Under the pieces are notes generated by a model. The model was not told where the DNA came from. It was given only the letters and a program-made list of their open reading frames with translations, and ran no database searches. Shown here in pieces: positions 29,621 through 42,763 of a stretch of DNA of 64,000 nucleotides. The translations under genes and the position numbers were made by a program. The stretch is from contig OZ024742.1 of the NCBI GenBank assembly GCA_964016885.1, forward strand, positions 325,376,001-325,440,000. The letters run 5' to 3'. Numbering within the stretch: position 1 is the stretch's first letter; each line of letters opens with the position of its first letter. This DNA comes from Eledone cirrhosa. Taxonomy: Eukaryota.

Positions 29621-30068
29621 ATACTATATTATATTATATTATATTATATTATATGCAGATATTTTAAAGTTTCTAACGTGAGTAGTAACTAGTTATCACC
29701 AAGAGATTATTCACCCCACACCTGGATTTCAACATGTCTAGGGGGTCCCACTAGAATGACCAATGCCACTGTGAGTGGACCTGACAGCACTGCCACCGAT
29801 GGATGGTGTTATGGGCGAGTAGCTGTTGGTAGTTTGGTGGTAAGGTAAGATACATTCATTACTATAAATAGCTATTGACTTGGACGCAAGCTTACAGGTT
29901 AGTTGATATATAGAGGACATAGAGAGAATGTTATCAGTGCCCCTATCCCTCTACAGCGAGTAAGATAGGGGAACTGATGAGGAGGAGCGGGGTGGATAAA
30001 AATAATAACCGGATTGATGCTATGGAACTGCATAGTTGTCAAATCCATATTGCATACTTATTCTTATG

Positions 30069-30108
<40 letters not shown>

Positions 30109-30299
30109 CATATATATATAGTTATGTATATATATATGTATATATATATAGCGGCGATGAATTAGTTTGGCAACATTGAGGACCGAGTAAGTTAGATTAC
30201 CGATATAAAAGACAGCGAGAAGCAAAAACCAACCAAACAGTGAGTGTGTTCTGTTATTAATTCTGGCAATATTACACAAATATGACCCTCCCCAAGTAT

Positions 30300-30350
<51 letters not shown>

Positions 30351-30440
30351 TAATATATATGAGTAATATATATGATGAAACAGATCCCAACACATCTGTA
30401 TTTATATTTAGAAGTGAAGCTTATCAATTGTATCTGGATG

Positions 30441-30508
30441 TTTACTGAGGAGAGCAGTGGCATGATATTCCTACACTTATACATTATTCATCTCGAAACA
30501 TGTTTGGA
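30441..30508 (+). ncRNA. Hammerhead candidate, monomer 1 of 524-nt tandem
   Basis: ttta CTGAGGA gag..ctc GAAA catg TT tgga. Palindromic stem III CATG. Confidence 0.7.
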
Positions 30509-30964
30509 TTTTAAGGTTTAAATTTATCTACGGAACAGGTTTGATTTTGAAATTTAAATATGTATAAACATCATAGCCATTTGGCAGCGCAGCTAGTTTT
30601 TGTCGATTTATTATTTTAAATCGATGTGGACGAACTGTGGTAAAATAATTAATATTCTTCATTCTGGCTAATTTTCTTTTGCAATATAAATACAGATGTG
30701 TTGGTATCTGTTTCATCATATATATTACTCATATATATTACTTTTATACACGGTTCAGGAATATTTCCTTTTGAGCTAATTCCATTGTAAAAGAATTCAT
30801 TACACTTAATATAACTGCTCCTGGTTGAGCTGAAATTCGCCTCATATATACGACTGTTATTTCTAGCAGTACGGTTATGAGACTAGCTTGAATCTGTGAA
30901 CCCATGTGCGTCACACAGTCTTTAAAATTATTTAGAAGTAAAGCTTATCAATTGTCTCTGGATG

Positions 30965-31032
30965 TTTACTGAGGAGAGCAGTGGCATGATATTCCTACAC
31001 TTATACATTATTCATCTCGAAACATGTTTGGA
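30965..31032 (+). ncRNA. Hammerhead candidate, monomer 2 of 524-nt tandem
   Basis: Same motif exactly 524 nt downstream. Confidence 0.7.
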
Positions 31033-31332
31033 TTTTAAGGTTTAAACTTATCTACGGAACAGGTTTGATTTTGAAATTTAAATATGTATAAACATCATAG
31101 CCATTTGGCAGCGCAGCTAGTTTTTGTCGATTTATTATTTTAAATCGATGTGGACGAACTGTGGTAAAATAATTAATATTCTTCATTCTGGCTAATTTTC
31201 TTTTGCAATATAAATACAGATGTGTTGGTATCTGTTTCATCATATATATTACTCATATATATTACTTTTATACACGGCTCAGGAATATTTCCTTTTGAGC
31301 TAATTCCATTGTAAAAGAATTCATTACACTTA

Positions 31333-31365
<33 letters not shown>

Positions 31366-31865
31366 CATATGTTTGTGTGTGTGCGTGCGTGTGTGTTTTC
31401 GTGCGTGTGTGCGTGTGTGTGTGTGTGTGAGTATTTATGTGGCTTCTATGCATTACCAAACAGATTCTAATACACAGCCTAAAAATCTATCAAAGAATTT
31501 AGCTACAGGGTGCAATTTGGAAATGTTATTTGACTTGTATATTTTGAAAATTGTGTCAGTAGAGATTTAATATAATAATATTTTACATAATCATAAGGCA
31601 AAATGCTAAATTTCAAACGAAATATATCCTTTAAATTTCAGTTAAAAATGTGCCCTTATTTATATGGTTTTATCGTATATCTTTTTCATTTTCTGTTTTA
31701 CATCAATAATTTGCGCAGAACATTCAGAATCTCGCAGTTATGAAAATTATTAATTAGAAACTAAAATGAACATGAAAATTGAAACGATGAAAAACGTTAT
31801 AAGCTTGCTTTGTAAAACGTGATGTTGGCTAGCAGCTATAGATGTTCCTAAATAGAATAGCATGG

Positions 31866-31985
<120 letters not shown>

Positions 31986-32389
31986 GTGTGTATATATATG
32001 TATGTGTGTGTATATATATGTGTGTGTGTATGTATATATGTGTGTGTGTGTGCGTGTCCATGCGTTGTGTGTGTGTGAGTGTTTAGTGAGTAAATGTATG
32101 TATAAGTATATATATATATATATATATATACTTATACATAGTTTTAATTCCTCACCCTTTCACTGATTCTCTCTCACTTTCCTGATAATGCTGATACTGA
32201 TCATAACAATGATGGTGACAACCACGATCATCATCCTATACATTATGACCAAAGATATAAAGAAGAGATGTTCAAGTTTCTTAAAATGCATCTTAGCATG
32301 ATGAGTGGTGAATCAAGGCAGGCGATAATTATTGCGGAGGAAAGGAAAGTAAAGTTACAGAACAGTTAAATCGTCGTATAAAATATGTT

Positions 32390-32905
32390 GTGGCCCTTCT
32401 TGCAGTGGTATGTTCTATTTTCAAATGTGACCGAGATCGATAATGTGCCGGTCCAAACCAAGGGTTGAATATTTTCTCTATATCACACTCTGACTCATTT
32501 CGATTTCATATTGGTAGAGGTAGAAGACGTCAGCTGGCTGTCGAGGTTTGAGGGATAGCTTCTGCCAGTTTTGTAGCCTTTATTGCAGTGATATGTGCTC
32601 TTTTCAAATGCAACTGAGGTCGATAATGTACCGGTCCAAACCTAGGGTTGAATATTTTCTCTATATCACACTCTCACTCATTTCGATTTCATATTGATAG
32701 AAGTAGACGATAGCTTCTGCCAGTTTTGTAGCCCTTATTGCATTGATATGCGACGTTTTCAAATGCGACCGAGAGATCGATAATGTACCGGTCGAAACCT
32801 AGGGTTGATTATTTTTCTATATATCACACTCTCTCATTTATTTCGCTTTCATATTTGTAGAAGAGACCAGCTGTCTGTTGAGGTTTGAGAGATAGCTTCT
32901 AGCAG
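32390..32905 (+). repeat. Three tandem ~155-180-bp units
   Basis: TTTTCAAATG..GATAATGT.CCGGTC.AAACC.AGGGTTGA.TATTTT.TCTATATCACACTCT recurs three times. Confidence 0.85.
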
Positions 32906-32992
32906 AATTCCATACCATGAGAACGTCGTTGTGAATCCGTCACGAGTTAAGCCCGACCAAGGATTGATGGCACATGGCTTAGTGGTGACCAT

Positions 32993-33145
32993 GGTGAAGG
33001 CGCATGGCTTAGTGGTTAGAGCTTGCAATCGAAAGGTTGGGCTTGTAATCGAAAGGTTGTGAGTTCAATTCTCGGACCGGGTGATGTGTTGTTTACTGGA
33101 GCAAGACACTTTATTTCACGTTGCTCCAGTTTACTCAGCTGGAGA
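32993..33145 (+). mobile_element. SINE family B
   Basis: GGCGCATGGCTTAGTGGTTAGAG, GAGTTCAATTCTC, GAGCAAGACACTTTATTTCACGTTGCTCCAG. A fragment also lies on the minus strand at 15967-16037. Confidence 0.75.
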
Positions 33146-33752
33146 AATCAGATAATAGGACTGGGTTTGCTATCATTAAATTACCCAAGACACCTCCAAC
33201 GAGATATACATTGGAGGAGGCCAGCTAAACCTGCATAGGTGTGAGCTGTCACATACATACACACATGGATTGACGTATTCAACGTTCTTAACGATCATTC
33301 CAATCACCGACACAGAGTCATATCGTTTAAAGTTTCTTAAAGCCAACACCACTTATAATCCTTCATCTTTTCAAGAGACTTATTCACGAAACCAGCATTA
33401 CGAACCTATGAAATTTGTGATAACAGACACTCCACTGAATAGAACCATAAAAAAGTACTCTTTTACATTGCAATATTTCTATATTTCTAGAGAGTTTTCT
33501 GTCAAAACTTATCTGCTATGGTGTGGAATGAATGTTGGTATTCAATTTAGATTTTCTATTTAATATAATGTTTAGATAACGAAAATCTAAATTTCTTTTG
33601 CTGGAATAAATAAATAAAAATTATGCCAGGGTGACATATGTGCCTTACATTTGAATAGATTTAGTGAAATAATGAAAGATTGGAAAATATACGAATATTA
33701 CGATATATTTTTGTGGTATATATATATAGGTGTACATATATATAAATATATA

Positions 33753-33884
<132 letters not shown>

Positions 33885-33973
33885 CATATATGTATGTATG
33901 TACACACACATATAAAACACACACACATATATTTATACATTTATACATATCTATATCTATCTATCTCTCTATC

Positions 33974-34061
<88 letters not shown>

Positions 34062-34126
34062 CATATATACTTATATGCACGAGGGATGATACAGAAAGAG
34101 AGAGAGAGAGAAAGAGAGAGAGAGAA

Positions 34127-34203
<77 letters not shown>

Positions 34204-35659
34204 ACGAGAGAAAGAGAGAGTAGCGTAGCAAAGTATTACGAGTGATGAAATTGAAGAAAGACGAAGAGGCCTAGATTTTAAAAGCTTAGAATGTGCCTTC
34301 TGCATTATTTCGCAAGTCAACATTATAAATACTTTGTTTAGCACATAGAATGCCCTTGGGTAATAAGGCCTGCAGTTAAAGGAAAGGTTGATGCAATGTC
34401 AAAGCACTCGTGAATATGTACAAGTAAAATTAATCAATGCTTACAATTTTGAACAAATGTCAACAGTAGATAAATAGGAAAGAAATCCCGAAACAAAACA
34501 AATTGAAGAAAAAGTAATAATAAAAATAATAATAATATTGATAACAACAACAACAACAACAACAACATTGATGATAATAAAGTTGTCATAAAATAATAAT
34601 ATATATGGTTATTCAATATTTGGTGCCACAATAAATTTAATTGAAAAAATTGAATTATTTTTATATATGTATACACACACACACACACATCCACACATAC
34701 ATAGATGCAAACATAAATACGTACACACATACATATATACATATATGCATCTGTATATACATACACATAAATATTAATGGGAAATAAACTGGAAAGCGTG
34801 TATAGATTTGCCACAAATTGTTTCCTCTTATCTTCCAGAAAAACTAAGTAAAAAATGAAAAGAAAAGAAAAAAAAATGCTTCCTTTTCGAATATCTGAAA
34901 CCAGGCATAAATTGTTCATGTATGATTTTAAAAACACGTGGGAAAGGTATTGTAATAAAAAAGTGAGATTCTATTTGACAGCTGTTACAAACAATAAACG
35001 ATATTTTTAAAACACAAGTATTTTTCTGCCGTTGTGCCATTCTAGTAATATAGTTGATTTTACCGTAAATAAACATATGAGAATGTTAGAAGCTTCGTGA
35101 ATATTTTTTTTTTATTGACGAAAAATTGTCTAAATAAAAGGGTATATATATATAATTTTAAAATTCCGATTATCGTTTCTTAGCTGGCGTTCCTTTGTGT
35201 ATCTCATACTATGTATACATTGCTTTAAATACAAAAGGAACATATGAATAACACGTTGGTGTATTGGTAACATTTCTGACCGGCAAGGGTGTAGATGTAG
35301 GTTCGAAAGTAATGTCCATATTTTCCATTAAGTGGGTTTAAATATTAGATATATCAATCAGTCAGGATTTGTTTCAAAATACGCATCTGGTTCAACGGTT
35401 CTAAATATAGAATATTTCTTTATCTGATTGATATAGCCTCATCGAACCGATTGTTATTGATTGATATAGCTTTGATTGAGCCGTTGTTATCGATTCATAT
35501 GGCTTTGATTGAACCGAATTTCTCGTAAAGGTCACTTATTTCAACTAAAGAAGTGATACCTGCAAAGTGAAACTCTTCACAACCACGCTATACATACATG
35601 CCTGATGCTATTTTATTGTTGCCCCTCTTAGGTTTTTCCTATTATTATATCTGTAACCA

Positions 35660-36170
35660 AGGCGATGAATTTGCAGTATCGGATAAAATTCTTTAACGTA
35701 TATAGTTACGTCCTTTAACGTCCTGTGTTCCAATACCACCGAAGTTAATTTTGCCTTTGAGTCGATAAAATAAAGTACCAGTAATGCACTGGGTAGAAAC
35801 CATTATATTTGTAAATAATGCGATGGATGTGCAGTATCGGTAGTGCAGTATCAGACGAACTGATTTGCGCTACATAGTTATGACCCTTTACCTTCTAAAT
35901 TCAAACCCACCAAGGCCAGCTATGCATTTTATCCGTACGAGATCGATAAAATATAATACCTGTAATATATTGGAATCGATTTAATCAACTTTCCCTTTCT
36001 GCTCAAAATGGTGATCTTGTGTTAGAAGTTTTAAACATTTTATCTGTGACCAAACCTAATGGATTTGCAAAATCGTTAAAGCATGTGTGTGTGGCATTTA
36101 TTTACGGCCTTTACGATCTAACTTCGGTGAAGTGAAGTTTGCCTTTTCCTTCTTTTGGTGTCGAAGTAAA
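35660..36170 (+). mobile_element. Three consecutive older SINE-A-like copies
   Basis: Degenerate units at about 35660, 35820 and 36050, each with GGCGATG..GCAGTATCG, TTC.AA.CC..CGA.G and TTTGCC/GTCGATAAAA remnants. Confidence 0.6.
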
Positions 36171-37048
36171 AGTTTTGCTATAAATTTCGAACAATGTATA
36201 TCTATGCCTGCCCACTGGAGTGGATAAACAATACATAATGATAAGTAAGTATAATAGATACATGTATATGACTTTATATATAGGAATATGACTTAATATA
36301 CATGCATTTGACTTTGCTGCACATAGCCGTCAAAGTAATTGCCACAGGCATGTTATACATTTCTGTGTGTATATATATAAAATGTATATATATATATATA
36401 AATATTTTGCTTGTTGTATCCCAACAAATTAAATATAACCTCTACATATATATATATATATATCTGAGTGTGTGTGTGTGTGTATGTGTGTGTGTGTCTG
36501 TGTGTATATATATATATAAATAATAAATATATATGTGTGTATGTATGCATGGGTGTATGTGTTTCTATGAACGTGTGTGTCCGTGTGTGTATATGTTTTA
36601 ATCTATATGTATGTCCGTTTTCATGAAAAAACTCCCATGTGCTATTTGAAATACACGCATAACATTTCTACACTATTATATTCCATCAATAACTTTGCTT
36701 CTTTCCTGTTGACTATTATATAAATATGTAAACGTATACATCACGCTATTATAATTCTCTGAAGACATTTATATCAACACACATCAGCGAACAATTTTAC
36801 AGTGCTTCAACACACAATAGAAATATTACACTCGAAAAATTACGACACTCGCCTGTCTACATTATTAACATATTTTACCCATTTTACACTTTCAGGGATA
36901 TGAACAGTTCTTTTTTTTTACAAAGTCTTTATTCATTATAATGTGCAATATTTCTATGTTCACCTATTCACAATATTTATTCTCATTTCTGAATATAAAT
37001 ATGAAAAGAATGGCAAAACGCCATGAAGTAACAAAGAACATTACACAC

Positions 37049-37400
37049 AGAGATTCCCTAATCTTCGGTTCCAACTTTATAGCTTAGCTCACAAAAACGC
37101 GCCGGTATCACCAAAGAGGAGATATCTAAATACCGGAACGTGATCGATCGCTTCCATCTTGTTCCGTATGCTATGGAGACCTCTGTGGTCCTTGTTCATC
37201 TGACTGTCGTCTACCCACCATCCACAACAATCAAAAGGCGTGCATACCGTAAGAGGAAGGAGCCTCATGGGGGAATTAACTGATGCAGCGGGTGCCCTTT
37301 CTGGCAGTACCTTCGTCAATTTTTTCTCAGTGGGTAGCTGATATATATCGTCTAACCAAGAGATTCCCTAATCTACGGTTCCAACCCTATAGCTTGGCCC
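37049..37400. mobile_element. Probable CRE-clade non-LTR fragment between 42-bp direct repeats
   Basis: Plus strand 37098-37199 reads ..ISKYRNVIDRFHLVPYAMETS.., like the RLE motif KY..F.P.A.ET.G. Minus strand reads LPLTVCTPFDCCGWWVDD, like the CRE pre-RLE Cys motif. Direct repeats at 37049-37090 and 37359-37400. Confidence 0.5.
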
Positions 37401-37420
37401 CTCTCTTTTTATCATTATTT

Positions 37421-37730
37421 GTGGATTGGCAGTATCGGTAGAGGGTCGGATGCCATGCTTTGAAGCATAGAGTTACCTCCCTGTATGATCTGAGTTCAAA
37501 TCCCGCCGAGGTTAACTTTGCCTTTCATCCTTCCGGGGTCGATAGAATAAAGTACCAGTAATGCACTGGGTAATTGCTGGCCTTGTGCCAAAGGTAGAAA
37601 CAATTATTTATTTTTTTCAAATCCCGCCGAGGTTTACTTTGCCTTTCATCCTTACGGGGTCGATAGAATAAAGTACCAGTAATACACTGGGGTAATTGGT
37701 GGCCTTGTGCCAAAAGTAGAAACAATTATT
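37421..37730 (+). mobile_element. SINE family A with tandem duplication of its 3' two-thirds
   Basis: Full copy at 37421-37607, then 37616-37730 repeats from TTCAAATCCCGCCGAGG to AGAAACAATTATT. Confidence 0.85.
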
Positions 37731-38893
37731 TATATTTTCCATAGCTTTTCCCCTAATTTTCTCTTTATTAATAATTGTTTATTAATATTTCAACATTGTA
37801 TACGTTTCTTCCACAATATAGTTCGTATATCTGAACAAATCTAGAAAATATTTTCCTATGATTATTATATCATCTTTGAAATTGGGTACAAATTTACGAT
37901 TATGTAGTCAAATCTGAAGTCAGAAAATCATGATGTATATGGATATATAATAGAGATCCAGAAAATAGAGAAAATATTTTGATAGAAGCCTCATAAATAG
38001 TTTTAGATATAGTAAATTGTTATAGAAATAAAATGTTTAGTCCCAATTTTGTAAACCATTTTCAATAGATGTGATTTTATGATAGAAATCACATTTACGT
38101 ATTTGCATATAATATAGATAGCCTTTGAACATAATATTTGATTTATCATTGTAATCAGATAGAATTTTCACAACTGGCGTCATTGCTGACATTATGAATG
38201 CTATCGTTATTGTCGTGTACAGGTATGAATAAGTGAACAAATTTTAAAAAGGAATAACGTATTAGTCTGTAATTCTACTTTCCTCCAACATAATTAACCT
38301 TCTTTATTAGAATGTTCATTCAGTCGACAGAAAAGTTAAATGCAAACACATAAATACCTCGATATCCACGACATAAATTCAATCATTTGCATTAAATGAT
38401 TTGCTTTGATGCACACGACCAGAAACCAATGCCGTTGTAGTATAACTAGAGTGCTCGGATCGGCTCTTCTTTGTCTGACCTGTATATACCGCCACAAGAA
38501 TAAAAAATATACTAAATACAGACACAATATAACGAGCTATGTGACTTGACACATACAATCCAACTAATATTATAAACAACAACATGGCAGATATCTACAC
38601 ATTATTTTCATCGATTGTATGAATGCACAATATAACCGAGGCAATGAGTTTAAGAATTATACCTAGTCATTTAAACAACAACAAGCAAGTTATACCTCAG
38701 ATCAACAGGTCCGAGAATATTACAAAAGCAGTAACACTTATTCCTTAAATGCCATGTCATATAAGGGCATGGGCTCATAACTACTGCTGGAGTCGTCGGG
38801 GATTAGATGTGGCATTTTAACCTGGTGAAGCCCACCTCTTTCATTGGCGGAACACAGAATTAGAGAGTGAGAGAGAGACAGAGACAGAGCAGA

Positions 38894-38966
<73 letters not shown>

Positions 38967-39520
38967 AGGGAGAGGTAAAAACAGAAGGATATATTAGAGG
39001 AAGAATTATTTATCGGCCTTGAAATGCAATTTTTTACATAGGCGGGATTTTAAATTAGAGCGCAGTAAATAAGAATAAATACTACAAAACATTCTATCCA
39101 AATATTCACAATTAAATATCGATTTAGTTTCAGTTATATTGTTATATTACACATTGGTTTGAATTTTTGAATAATTCCATGCAGAGAATTATTTCACTAG
39201 TGTTATGTGGTTGGATATGAATGTCAGTCCAGATGGGATATTAAGAGCCTTACTGTTTTCTAATCAACATAATGAATATAAAATATTAACTTATTACATT
39301 TGCACAGGGTTTCTTCGGGGAATGGAGGTTAGTTGCATATTTATAAATTGTGTCTTGTATATGTGGTTAAGACATTTGCTATGCAAATACTTAGTTGTAA
39401 GTTTGTTTCCATTGGACACGAAATTAGGCATGTAATTTATTGCTAAAGACTCAGTTTAACCAATACCTGGTAGGTGGCATTTACTAGATATAAACTGTGC
39501 GTTGGGCCGTCGAATATATA

Positions 39521-39594
39521 CAGGGTGTCCCGAAAAATGTATACATATATTTATAAGAAAGGTGTTGAAGTGTGTATACCTTTTTTGGGATAGA

Positions 39595-39597
<3 letters not shown>
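39521..39597. mobile_element. 77-bp Tc1/mariner mini-MITE
   Basis: Imperfect TIRs CAGGGTGTCCCGAAAAATGTATAC / GTATACCTTTTTTGGGATAGACTG, preceded by TA. Confidence 0.6.
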
Positions 39598-39692
<95 letters not shown>

Positions 39693-39989
39693 GATTCTTT
39701 GATTAGTCTGTTATTTTAATACATATTTGCTCTATGGTTTTATATATTTATATATATATTATACTAGTCGAGCCCTCTTCGGATTTTAGTCTTCACTTTT
39801 ATTATTATTATTATTGTTATTATTATTACTATATGTATATATATATAGTATCTTTAGAAAATGTATTGTGAAAATGAGAATAGAAGACTTCGTCGTAACA
39901 TTTTGAGTAAACAAAATAGTCTAGCCGGGTCATTTAATACCATTGAACGGAAAAAAATATGGGCACCAGTACACATAAGAGTCGAACCC

Positions 39990-40770
39990 ACACCTGTTGT
40001 TTGCCGAACTAATATTATATCATAACCATTGTTAAGATTGAAAGGCGTCATTTCAGTCTTCATGTCTTTTAAATGTAGGTACATGTTAGCTCCTTCTGTG
40101 TCCATGCGCTTCAACATTACCTTTCCCTGCTTAATACACACATTTTACATAAATATGTGCGTCGTTGTTTGGAATTTTTTAAACTGACGTTTAATTATTT
40201 CAAAAGGAAAATTCATAAATTTTCAATTCAAAATAATAATTCATATAAATATGAACACAAGTACATTATGTAAGAGATTTTAAAACTGTTTCCTAGGCAA
40301 TAGCAATTATCATTATTATTTTAAAAAGATGGGCGGTGGATTGGCAGTATCGGTAGAGGGTCGGACGCTATGCTTTGCAGCAAAGAGTTACGGCCCTTTA
40401 TGATCTGAGTTCAAATCCCGCCGAGGTTAACTTTGCTTTTCATCCTTACGGGGTCGATAAAATAAAGTACCAGTAATACACTGGAAATTGCTGGCCTTGT
40501 GCCTAACGTAGAAACAATTATTATTTTTAAAAAAATGTTTTTACGTCAGGACATACATTTATAAATACTGAAATTGATATTATCAAAATATTTGACCATG
40601 TATGCGTGCTGTAAAATTAGGCTATTGTTATTACTAAATATTATGACGAAAGTCTGAAGCGGTACCGCACTCAAAACAGCGCGTTGTATTACACACCGAC
40701 GAATCTTTATGTCCTGCGTTACACAACCCATCTCAGAACTCAAATCCTGACTTGCAACATTTCCTGGTGG
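39990..40770 (-). mobile_element. Highly decayed CR1/L2-group LINE remnant, interrupted by a SINE
   Basis: 40546-40743 reads RCVIQRAVLS..FVIIFSN..LQHAYMVKYFDNI (decayed GV.QG.VLSP / YADD). 40040-40120 reads MLKRM..ANMYLHLKDM..FNL (like LERVQRRATKM..L..L). Confidence 0.45.
40331..40524 (+). mobile_element. SINE family A
   Basis: Full-length match to the other copies. Confidence 0.85.
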
Positions 40771-41479
40771 ATAAAATAATTAATTGTCCTGTAACCGGAT
40801 GGAATTTACTGATTATATTTTTACTCTGTATTTCGCTTTATCTCCGTCCTGTGCTTTATTGCACGTTAGTCCTTCTTTGAAACTTTGAATAGCATGAGAT
40901 AAATATTTTTCTTTTACACGAGCAGATTTGGCTAGCGCCTTGCTCAATCATTTTGCATTTCAAGACAACGGGGCCCTGTGTGAGATTTTCCGTGTCATTT
41001 TTTCTCAACATATCCTATGTGGAGAGCGAGCAGGGGAGAAAAAAAGGGATTGAATAGAATCGATGCCAGTATTTCAGTGGTACATTGTTTCTCTACTATA
41101 GAAGGAAAAATAAAACCCTGGTCCAGACCAGATTTGAATTTAAACCGAAGATAATTTGAAGAAAGAGTACAAGGCGTTCTGTCATATGCTCTATCGATTA
41201 TGTTAATCTATCGTCATTTTCACAGCAACATTCAACGAAAATTTCCGGTTTGGTGCATAATTTGATAACCATTATTATCATAAAAATGCTGATAAATGCC
41301 AACATTTGTAAAGAACCAAATAAAATGACCTCATGTGTTCGTTTCGTAACATTATCGCGTGAGTTCAAATCTCGCTGAAGTTCTTTTGATCTTTTATTTT
41401 TCAGGAATTGATTAAATGAGTATCAGGTAAATATAGTGTTCATTGGGAAAATGATACAATAATTGCTAAAACTCCTTAG

Positions 41480-41685
41480 AGCCATGTATTGGCAGAATCG
41501 TTAGAGCATCTAAAAATTACTTTGTAATATTTGTTTCGGCTTTTTACATTCTGAGTTCAAATATCGCCGAGGAAATCTTTACCTTTCCTTATTCTGGGTT
41601 CGATACAATAAAGTACCATTTGGGTTTAAATAATCGACCCCCACTGCCTAAACTGCTTCTAACTTCGAAAGTTAGAAATAATTAT
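41480..41685 (+). mobile_element. Diverged SINE-A-like copy
   Basis: TGGCAGAATCGTTAGAGC, GAGTTCAAATATCGCCGAGG, TCGATACAATAAAGTACC. Confidence 0.65.
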
Positions 41686-41957
41686 TCTAACATCCCCACT
41701 ACAATATTTCCTGTTGCTACTACTGATATTAATAAGATATTATCTGATATTCTTGATACAACAGTGGCTTAGGAATTCGGTAGCTGTGTGTTGGTGTTGT
41801 TTATATTATTGTTACTGCAGTTCTTGTTGATGTTTTACAAATTGTTTGTGGACTACATTATTTATCCAGTATGGTATTTATCATAAATGTTTAGTATTAT
41901 CGTAGTGGCTATACAAAACAGATTTCCTTCTTCTGCAGCTCCTCCTACTCCTCCTCC

Positions 41958-42091
41958 TTCTTCTTCTTCTTCTTCTTCTTCTTCTTCTTCTTCTTCTTCT
42001 TCTTCTTCTTCTTCTTCTTCTTCTTCTTCTTCTTCTTCTTCTTCTTCTTCTTCTTCTTCTTCTTCTTCTTCTTCTTCTTCTTCTTCTTCTT
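41958..42091. repeat. (TTC)n microsatellite
   Basis: Pure TTC run; source of the poly-S and poly-K ORFs. Confidence 0.98.
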
Positions 42092-42579
42092 GTTATATCC
42101 TGTTGTTGTTATTGTATATTCATCATATTGATTCATTAGAGGGTAGCAAGCAATCAATACGAAATCTTTGCTATATTTTCAATGTCTTTTATGGCATATC
42201 ACATCGTAATTAACTACGTAGAATTAATGAGACACACATTTCCGTCACATTCACTGATTTGCATAATACAAAACACTGAAATCAATACAAACAATATCAA
42301 TGTAACAGTAGAATAATCCCTTCTAAATAACGAAAACAACATCATGAAATAGAAAGAGAACAACAACAGCAACAACAACAACTACAACAATAACAGCAAC
42401 AACAACAATTGGAATAAAAAAATAACGTCAACTGAAACAACAATAATAATCCTAAATAATTAATGCATCTAGCAGTCTTAACACCAGGAAAAGAAATAAA
42501 GAATGAAAATTAATAATAGAAAATGTAAAAATATATAAATAATTATTTGCCCTAAATTAATTACGATCGATTGTATGGC

Positions 42580-42620
<41 letters not shown>

Positions 42621-42662
42621 GACAGATACTTTCTCTATATATATATACACATATATATATAC

Positions 42663-42716
<54 letters not shown>

Positions 42717-42730
42717 TTATATATACATAG

Positions 42731-42763
<33 letters not shown>

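Larger units (their letters stand above)
30343..31333 (+). mobile_element. Retrozyme-like tandem (524-nt monomer x ~1.8) with inverted 5' cap
   Basis: ~30405-30810 repeats at ~30929-31333. 30343-30408 is the reverse complement of ~30684-30748. Flanked by (TA)n. Confidence 0.8.

Noticed and set aside
29934-30000. CTGATGA next to the hairpin CCCCTATC..GATAGGGG
   Set aside because: No stem II-GAAA-stem III arrangement, so not a hammerhead.
33270-33350. YSTFLTIIPITDTESYRLK resembling a Penelope N-terminus (NIPIP..Y)
   Set aside because: Similarity stops after ~20 residues.
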